DNA from: a virus
Taxonomy: Duplodnaviria > Caudoviricetes
IMG/VR virus record: IMGVR_UViG_3300021401_000005
Coordinates: 9,766 to 73,765 of that record
Length of the DNA: 64,000 nucleotides
Direction: 5' to 3' (one strand)
Position 1 is the stretch's first letter. The number at the start of each line of letters is the position of its first letter. The notes beneath the pieces are model-generated. The model saw nothing but the letters and a program-made list of their open reading frames with translations. It was not told the origin of the DNA and made no database searches. Positions 58,304-64,000 of the stretch are shown one piece after another. Made by a program: the position numbers and the translations under genes.

Positions 58304-58611
58304 CCTTGCGACAGTTTTTTCTGCGCCTCATCCTCAATATATCCCCTCGCATAGGCCTTGCGCGCGTAACTCAGGGCGCAGCGCAGCGTGCAGAACGGCT
58401 CATAGCCGCCCAGCCAGGACTTGCCGTCCCAAACCTCGATGTGGCGGATTGATGCGCCATCGGCGCGCTTGCGCACCGCGTCGCTTCTGACGATGCGTAG
58501 GTTGCCCTCATAAACAGCCTCCGCCGCCCCCTGGACCCAACATAGGGTCACAGTGTGAGTGTGCCGCTGGCCATAACGCTCGCCGCAATGGCCGCAAACC
58601 GGGCGAGTCAT
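58300..58611 (-). CDS. Cys-motif hypothetical protein
   Basis: CGHCG...FCTLRCA. Confidence 0.6.
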   Translation of the reverse strand: MTRPVCGHCGERYGQRHTHTVTLCWVQGAAEAVYEGNLRIVRSDAVRKRADGASIRHIEVWDGKSWLGGYEPFCTLRCALSYARKAYARGYIEDEAQKKLSQG

Positions 58612-58901
58612 CGGATCGATCCCGCCGGGAACTTGAACCGCACCAGCCAGGACGGGCCGCGCGAGTTGCGCAAGTACGCAAGCGGCTGGATGTGCCGATC
58701 GGCGACGCCCATATACTCGTGACGCTCCCACGCGGTCCCCAGAGCGGCCCGCCAGCGGCGTCCGTACACCTTGCGCCACGCCACCATCGCTTCTAGCTCG
58801 ACGTCGGTCAGCGGGCGCGTGATGCGCCCCGCCTTGTAGCCGGCCATGTCATCCCAGCGCACGCGGTACGTCAGGCGCGAGGGCGTTCCTTCGTCGCTCA
58901 T
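58608..58901 (-). CDS. Hypothetical protein
   Basis: YGRRWRAAL...LRNSRGPSWL. Confidence 0.6.
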   Translation of the reverse strand: MSDEGTPSRLTYRVRWDDMAGYKAGRITRPLTDVELEAMVAWRKVYGRRWRAALGTAWERHEYMGVADRHIQPLAYLRNSRGPSWLVRFKFPAGSIR

Positions 58902-59191
58902 GACAGCGCCTCGTTGCTGACCCAGCTATCGCGCGGCGCCGCCCACTTGGGGTTGCCATGCTGCTCGACAATGCGCTCGATCTTGCGCTGATTCAGCTCC
59001 TCATATTCGGTCTTCGCGATCTCGACCGCCGGATTCGGATAGACGCTCGGGCTGGCGGGTTTCATGCTGAACCCGTAGCTCGTCACGCGGTGCGCGTCGC
59101 ACTGTATCCACGCGCTGAGATAGACGCGGCTCTCGCTCCCGCGAAACACCGTGAAGCGACCGTTCGTCGCCTTGAAATAGCGGAGCGGCAT
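58898..59191 (-). CDS. Hypothetical protein
   Basis: GGAG RBS; coupled. Confidence 0.55.
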   Translation of the reverse strand: MPLRYFKATNGRFTVFRGSESRVYLSAWIQCDAHRVTSYGFSMKPASPSVYPNPAVEIAKTEYEELNQRKIERIVEQHGNPKWAAPRDSWVSNEALS

Positions 59192-59391
59192 CAGATCAAC
59201 TCCGCATCGGGCGAGCCGCAGGCGGTCCGCGCCTCTTCCAGCGTGGGGTAAATCTCGCCCAGCTGGGGGACATTTCGGCGCAAAAAGCGGATCGGCTGGA
59301 AGCCGTAGGTCTGCGGCACCATCGAGCGCGCAGCCACAGAACCGGGCTGCACATCCCGCACTTGCTGGATGTACCAAACATTCAATTTCAT
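59191..59391 (-). CDS. Hypothetical protein
   Basis: GGAGTCGAAACC-ATG. Confidence 0.6.
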   Translation of the reverse strand: MKLNVWYIQQVRDVQPGSVAARSMVPQTYGFQPIRFLRRNVPQLGEIYPTLEEARTACGSPDAELI

Positions 59392-59464
59392 GGTTTCGAC
59401 TCCTTGTCGGGCAAGAGCGCCCGCGAGGCGGCGACGATCGCTCGACGCCGTCCCGCTCGCGTTC

Positions 59465-60391
59465 TCAGGCTGCTAGAAGCGCAGGCGCGCCCGTGGACGC
59501 CTCTTCGTCCGCGTCCGCCTCCTCGGCCGCCGCCGCGCCTCGGAGCCAGTCTACAGCCTTGCTGGCCGCGCTGGCGGCGGTGATGATCGCCGTTTCCCGC
59601 TCCTCAAGCAGCGAAACCCAAGTCTCGATGTAGGAAGCAGGAGCCTCGCCCATATCGATCCCCCACTCCGCACAGACGAACGCGCTGGTTAGCTCCGCGA
59701 TCAATTCCTCGGCCGCATAGGTCCGGTCGCCAAACTTGGCCCCAAAGGTCCGGTTGAGGCGCGAGGGATGTCCACTGGCGTGGCCCATCTCATGGAACAT
59801 GGTCGCGTAGTAGGGATGGGCGCCCTTGAACTGCGCGAAAGGCGGCATCTCGATGCGGTCGAGCAACGGCGAATATTGCGCCTTGCTGCCCTGCTCAACG
59901 AACCGAATCTCGGTCGCCGCAACGAAGGCGTCGAGGTCACCATCGCGCCCGTCCGGATTGACCGGCGCATGCTGGCGCGGCGCGCCAATGCCCAGGACTG
60001 AGTCCGGCAGCCCGTCGCACTGCGCGACGTTGAAAACCGGGTACGCCTTGAGGAAACCAATGCTCTTGTGCTTGTCGGGGTCCTGCCGATCGCGCACGAC
60101 CATTTTCTTGACGAAGATCACGGTGAGGCTCTTCTCGCCCGCGCGAACGGTTCCGCCGGCCGCCTTCGCTTGCTTGAACGTGAGCCAGCGCGGACCCCAG
60201 CCGTTCGCCTCGGCATGCGACCAGAGCAGGATGACGTTGGCGCCGCTGTAGGCGTGTCCGGTGACCGCGTTGCGCGGCATCACGCTTCCGTGAGCCTGGA
60301 CGCGCTCGGACCATGGCTTGCGCCACGGCGCAACGCCGGTCTTGAGCATGGCGAGGATTTTGTCGGTGATTTCGCGGTGCATGTCGCGCAT
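59465..60391 (-). CDS. ardC: ArdC antirestriction protein (ssDNA-binding plus zincin-like domain)
   Basis: GVAPWRKPW, YSGANVILLW, WLTFKQA, VFNVAQ, FHEMGHASGHPSRLNR, YAAEELIAEL. Confidence 0.9.
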   Translation of the reverse strand: MRDMHREITDKILAMLKTGVAPWRKPWSERVQAHGSVMPRNAVTGHAYSGANVILLWSHAEANGWGPRWLTFKQAKAAGGTVRAGEKSLTVIFVKKMVVRDRQDPDKHKSIGFLKAYPVFNVAQCDGLPDSVLGIGAPRQHAPVNPDGRDGDLDAFVAATEIRFVEQGSKAQYSPLLDRIEMPPFAQFKGAHPYYATMFHEMGHASGHPSRLNRTFGAKFGDRTYAAEELIAELTSAFVCAEWGIDMGEAPASYIETWVSLLEERETAIITAASAASKAVDWLRGAAAAEEADADEEASTGAPALLAA

Positions 60392-60412
60392 TGGGTTCGA
60401 CTCCAAAAAGTT

Positions 60413-60468
60413 AGGGGCGGGTTAGGCGCCCGCCCCTCTCATATAGCAGCGTCTGCAAAAGATGTCAC
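60413..60468 (-). promoter_or_regulatory. Promoter GTGACA-N16-CTATAT with near-operator and CGCCUAA-loop hairpin
   Basis: AGGGGCGGG-CGCCTAA-CCCGCCCCT; TTGCA-gacgc-TGCTA overlaps the spacer and -10. Confidence 0.7.
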
Positions 60469-60549
60469 CATCACGACGCTTTTTATTTTCAGATGCGCCC
60501 GCTCGCCATCATGAACAGCGCGAAAGCAAGCGACAGGCCGGTGCAAAGT

Positions 60550-60834
60550 TCAGCCACGGCGCACCTCCGTTAGCCGGATGGCGACCGTCCCGCCGCGCAC
60601 GACGCCCTGCCCCGCCTCGCAGCGGTAGACGCCAATTGCAGCCTGGAACGCGCACGGCGCGCACTGCATCAGGAACGAGGATTCGGCCTCGTCGCCATAG
60701 CGGCGGCGCGCGGCAAGGTTGGCGACATGGCGCGCAACCGTGAACGCATCGCCCTCAATCGCCACGGTGCAGAATCGGTCGCTCTCGCTCGGGTCAGCGG
60801 CGAGGTGGACGACATCGGCGGTGAAGCGGGTCAT
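60550..60834 (-). CDS. Hypothetical protein
   Basis: GGAGG RBS. Confidence 0.55.
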   Translation of the reverse strand: MTRFTADVVHLAADPSESDRFCTVAIEGDAFTVARHVANLAARRRYGDEAESSFLMQCAPCAFQAAIGVYRCEAGQGVVRGGTVAIRLTEVRRG

Positions 60835-61053
60835 TTAGCCCACCTCCCCGGCGACGACGATTCCAAGCTCGGCGAGCGACGTCTCGACCTGTAGCCGGCA
60901 GGCCGCCCGCTCGGCCGACTTGCGCGCGGTGAACGTCTTACCCTCGCGCATCTCGATCTCGCGCCCGTCGCGCAGGAAGAGCGCATAGCGGCGCTCGCCT
61001 TTCGAGGGATAGCGCGGGTTCAGGTCCGCGTAGACCTTGAGGCGGCACGTCAC
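60835..61053 (-). CDS. Hypothetical protein
   Basis: GTGA coupling. Confidence 0.5.
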   Translation of the reverse strand: MTCRLKVYADLNPRYPSKGERRYALFLRDGREIEMREGKTFTARKSAERAACRLQVETSLAELGIVVAGEVG

Positions 61054-61451
61054 GAGCGCACCGCCCGCTCGATGTTGCCCCACGGGGCTTGGGCGTAATC
61101 AACGCCCGCGTGCGGCAGGCGCGCCTCAAGGTGACCGATCACCCGGCGCGCCTCGGAGGCCTCCCAGGCGTCATGCTCGCAGGCTTGGTAGGCGTAGCAA
61201 TCGACGATCTTGCCGGCGGCGCCAGCGGCCAGCGTCAGCGGCTCGAAGCGATAGGCCTCGACGTCCGCCAGATAGCGCGCATGCTCTTCTGCGTGGCGCT
61301 TGGGCATGGCGTAGCGGTAGGCTACGCTCTTGACGTTCTCGCCCCAAAGCAGGCGGCCCAGGAGGTTCGCCGGCCGGGTTGAGACGCCCAACTCCAGGGC
61401 GATGGTGACAATGGCGTCAATATCGCGTTTAGAGACAACAAAAGCAGACAT
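61050..61451 (-). CDS. Conserved phage early hypothetical protein
   Basis: MSAFVVS...LWGENVKSVAYRY...CYAYQACEH; directly downstream of the ribozyme. Confidence 0.7.
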   Translation of the reverse strand: MSAFVVSKRDIDAIVTIALELGVSTRPANLLGRLLWGENVKSVAYRYAMPKRHAEEHARYLADVEAYRFEPLTLAAGAAGKIVDCYAYQACEHDAWEASEARRVIGHLEARLPHAGVDYAQAPWGNIERAVRS

Positions 61452-61472
61452 GTTTCGACTCCTCAGATTGGC

Positions 61473-61541
61473 TGACGCTTAGGCTCATCAGCTGGCGCAT
61501 CACGCCAGGACGCGAGAGGTCGAGCCCCTCGTGTTTCGCCT
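61473..61541 (-). ncRNA. Type II hammerhead ribozyme
   Basis: The - strand reads AGGC GAAA CACGAGGGG-CTCGA-CCTCTCGCG TC^ CTGGCG-TGATG-CGCCAG CTGATGA GCCT AAG CGTCA. It has the intact CUGAUGA and GAAA core, a GUC cleavage triplet, three stems, and loop I UGAUG complementary to the 3' tail CGUCA (pseudoknot). Confidence 0.9.
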
Positions 61542-61723
61542 TATTGCTCGACGCTGAACTGCCCCACCTTGTTGCCGTTGGCGTCCACCAGCGCTCCAAC
61601 CGTCTCGGTTTCGCCGCTGAACGCCAGCCGGTCGGTCACGGTGCGGAGGAGGCGCTCTATCTCGCCCAGGCAATCGTCCTCGAAAGCGGCGTTGTCGCAG
61701 GTAATCTCAATGCGCAATTTCAT
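61541..61723 (-). CDS. Conserved small phage protein
   Basis: ITCDNAAFED...LVDANGNKVG. Confidence 0.7.
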   Translation of the reverse strand: MKLRIEITCDNAAFEDDCLGEIERLLRTVTDRLAFSGETETVGALVDANGNKVGQFSVEQ

Positions 61724-61726
61724 GGT

Positions 61727-61966
61727 TCAAGCCCTCCCGCGCAGGAGGGCATGAATCCGGCGAGCCTCGGCGTTCGACACGCGAGACGAACGGCGCGCGC
61801 TGGCGATAGCCTTGTCGATCGCAATCTCTTGCTCGCGACGGGCGATGAAACGCTCGGCCGCATTGGACCCAGCGAAACCAGCGACCATCACGCCGCGATC
61901 AAAAACAAGCCAATCGTGCTCGGCGTGCTCGCTCCACTCGTTAAACTTCATCTCAAAACGGGACAT
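61727..61966 (-). CDS. Hypothetical early protein
   Basis: AAGGAGTCGAGATC-ATG at 61966. Confidence 0.65.
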   Translation of the reverse strand: MSRFEMKFNEWSEHAEHDWLVFDRGVMVAGFAGSNAAERFIARREQEIAIDKAIASARRSSRVSNAEARRIHALLRGRA

Positions 61967-61985
61967 GATCTCGACTCCTTTTTCG

Positions 61986-62042
61986 GGCGCCGTAGGCCAG
62001 CGCCTGTCCTCCAAATAGTGGGTTGGGATACACGCTGTCAAG
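61986..62042 (-). promoter_or_regulatory. Promoter TTGACA-N17-CTATTT plus GCCUA-loop hairpin
   Basis: GGCGCTG-GCCTA-CGGCGCC downstream of the -10. Confidence 0.7.
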
Positions 62043-62155
62043 CTTTTTCGGTCGCCATCGTGACGATATTTTGCGGCCGCTCTCGACTCCTTATTACATT
62101 GTCCCGCTCGACGTCCACGCAACCCCTAGCAATCCCTCGCATCACGCTTGCGCCA

Positions 62156-62236
62156 TGTCCCAGGATGTCCCAAACGTGTCCCGCCGCCTCGGACACGCTT
62201 AAATAGGCGGGACTGAGGCGGGACAAGCCAGGGACA
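62156..62236. repeat. Helically phased inverted TGTCCC/GGGACA array (candidate origin or packaging site)
   Basis: TGTCCC at 62156, 62166 and 62177; GGGAC[TA] at 62209, 62220 and 62231. Confidence 0.7.
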
Positions 62237-62453
62237 AACGCCTCAAACCCACCAAACACGATAGGCCTTTAATCGCGCTCAGAAGCCCGTTGAATGGGGT
62301 CTATTTTTTTGCATGATCTGCTATGGGCGTTTTTTGCCCCCATCAGGCGAGCCCCGCAATAGCCCTAGCGTCAATGTCTATTAGATCGGTAGGTGAAAAT
62401 TACGCGCCTAGTCGACTTTCCGATCTCGAGGCGTTTTTCAGAAATTCTGCCAA

Positions 62454-62663
62454 TCACTCAATGCCCTCAACGACATACCAATTCTTCTCGCCCTCCGGGC
62501 ACTCCTCCCGCATCAGCGCCAAACAACGCCGGATCGAGGCCTCGCCCGTCCCAAAGGATTCCGTCGTCGCCCCGCATCGCGAGCACGCCAGGATCACGCT
62601 CGGCACCAAACCATGGTCGCCCTCAAGCTCGGTTTCCTCCACCTCGCAGACGACGCGAGCCAT
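62454..62663 (-). CDS. Small Cys-containing protein
   Basis: CSRCG...CLALMREECP. Confidence 0.6.
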   Translation of the reverse strand: MARVVCEVEETELEGDHGLVPSVILACSRCGATTESFGTGEASIRRCLALMREECPEGEKNWYVVEGIE

Positions 62664-62666
62664 GGC

Positions 62667-62975
62667 TCACTCGTCGCCCTCTGGCGGCTTGATCACCTCG
62701 CGCCCCATGAGGCGGAAACTGATCACAAGGCGGACAAGCTCGGCCGCGAGCTTGGTCTCTTCGTTCGCCTGCGCTTTGTCGATTGCAGCGAGTTCAGCGC
62801 TCGTCGATGCCTTCGCTCGGCGCGCAATGACCCGCGTCTCAAGCTCGTCAAGCTTCGCCATATGCCATTCGTCCAGCAACGCCTCGTTGGACATGGCGAA
62901 CAATTGTTTGACGGTTGGCCGTGGGCGCATCGCACGCTTCTCGGCTCGGTCCTCCTCGGTCTCCTCATAGGTCAT
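62667..62975 (-). CDS. Hypothetical protein
   Basis: Coupled ORF. Confidence 0.55.
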   Translation of the reverse strand: MTYEETEEDRAEKRAMRPRPTVKQLFAMSNEALLDEWHMAKLDELETRVIARRAKASTSAELAAIDKAQANEETKLAAELVRLVISFRLMGREVIKPPEGDE

Positions 62976-63235
62976 GGTTTGCCCCGCTCGATCACCGCGT
63001 CACGCGCGGCATACAGGCGTTCGCGGTGAACCGAGACCCGTGCTCGACGCTTGCCCTTGCACAGTCGCCCAGGGCCGGCGCCGCATCGCGGACAAGGCAT
63101 CAAGAGCGCTGCATTGCGCGTCCAGCCGGCTGCGATTGTCGCCTTGGGTTTCGGCTCGTTTCGCATCAAACGCCAGTCTGCGGCCTTTCTCTGGCCCTTG
63201 TCGAGCCCTTTTTGCACCAAACGCCAGCCAACCAA
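62972..63235 (-). CDS. Small Zn-finger protein
   Basis: PCPRCGAGPGRLC...VHRER; start uncertain. Confidence 0.5.
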   Translation of the reverse strand: MVGWRLVQKGLDKGQRKAADWRLMRNEPKPKATIAAGWTRNAALLMPCPRCGAGPGRLCKGKRRARVSVHRERLYAARDAVIERGKP

Positions 63236-64000
63236 ATCAGCCGCTTAGACATTTATTTTTGAACCCGTCGCCATCACGACGCAAAGTCGCCTTGTCCCCT
63301 TGACACGCCAAATACATTCCCCCCCTAAAACCCTCCATCCCCTCGATCACGGTCCGTGAATTAGTGGCACAAGGGACGGAGCGCGCGGCATTCTTCGCCG
63401 CGCTCTTAGCGAGGTCCCGAAGTGCCCAGGCCCCAGGCGTTCAAACATTAGCGCTCCGCTGCAATCCTGGTTGTTCATTAGGTGGGGTTTTGCCCTCTTT
63501 CTGTCCCGCCTTTGTCCCGCAGAGGGACAAGAAAAGGGCGCTTCGCGTCCCGTTGGGCAGACCCTTTTCTCGTCCCTCCGCTAACGCCCGCAAAGCTCCT
63601 CCAAAAGGCAGCGGCCAGTGATCAGCCGCTCGTTTCATTCCCCGCTGGTTCCCTCTCCGGAAGCGAAGATTGATTGTCGGCGCGCGGTGCGCTGGCGTCC
63701 CGCTTTGCGGCGGTTCGCGGCGGTCAGCGGCGGTTCTGCGGCGGTCGAGCGGTGAGCGCCGCATGTCGAGCGGCTCGTCCTCGCAAAGCCCAGCGTTTGC
63801 AGGCGTCTCCGAGGATCGCTGTGCTTGTATCTCCGGATTGTGAGACACGCGTCAAATGCATGCCTAAACGTGAGCAATATCAGGCACATAGCCTGTTGAC
63901 GCGTCACATGAGGCCAGTGCCTATTCAGTGCCGTCGCTGTGCCAATAGAGTGCCGATATAGTGCCAGGAGGGTGGGGGGGGGGAGCGCCCCTTCGCTTCA

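Larger units (their letters stand above)
1..64000. mobile_element. Tailed bacteriophage genome segment (podovirus-like, probable alphaproteobacterial host)
   Basis: Continuous phage gene content (portal, capsid, tail, ejection proteins, GH19 endolysin, RecT/YqaJ, primase/helicase). No host housekeeping genes and no tape measure or sheath recognised. Confidence 0.95.

Noticed and set aside
60394-60404. GGTTCGACTCC looks like a tRNA T-arm; similar strings occur at the other GGAGTCGA sites
   Set aside because: No acceptor, D or anticodon stems around it; it is the reverse complement of the RBS motif.
63364-63961. ORFs in the last 700 bp as terminase small subunit
   Set aside because: No convincing RBS or recognisable terminase features; probably non-coding or unresolved.

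Overview
The window is a large part of a GC-rich tailed-phage genome with podovirus-like organisation, probably infecting an alphaproteobacterium (Rhizobiales-style promoters, GapR-like gene, PEPxxWA-type PEP-CTERM tails). No terminase, integrase or CI-type repressor was recognised, so the genome is probably incomplete here. 1-33.6 kb (+): portal, GroES-like, scaffold, capsid, tail and ejection genes. 33.6-40.2 kb: accessory genes, including two PEP-CTERM proteins, three small secreted proteins and a GH19 lysis module. 40.5-46.8 kb (-): RecT/YqaJ operon. 47-54 kb (+): Cro-like, GapR-like, RuvC-like, primase, helicase and methyltransferase genes. 54-63 kb (-): early genes including a SNF2 helicase and ArdC. 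The most interesting signals are: (1) a complete type II hammerhead ribozyme (61473-61541, -); (2) a family of GC-rich hairpins with a conserved GCCUA loop, usually between a sigma70-like promoter and an extended GGAGUCGA ribosome-binding motif, one copy of which competes with the hammerhead core; (3) a solitary type I-C-like CRISPR repeat (40169-40198), a candidate RNA anti-CRISPR; (4) about 30 copies of a [FYRK]-x-x-G-G motif across seven late proteins, suggesting a diglycine processing or packaging signal; (5) a TTGCA-N5-TGCAA operator network; (6) an Acb2/Tad1-like anti-defence gene. All family assignments come from motif recognition by eye, not database searches.
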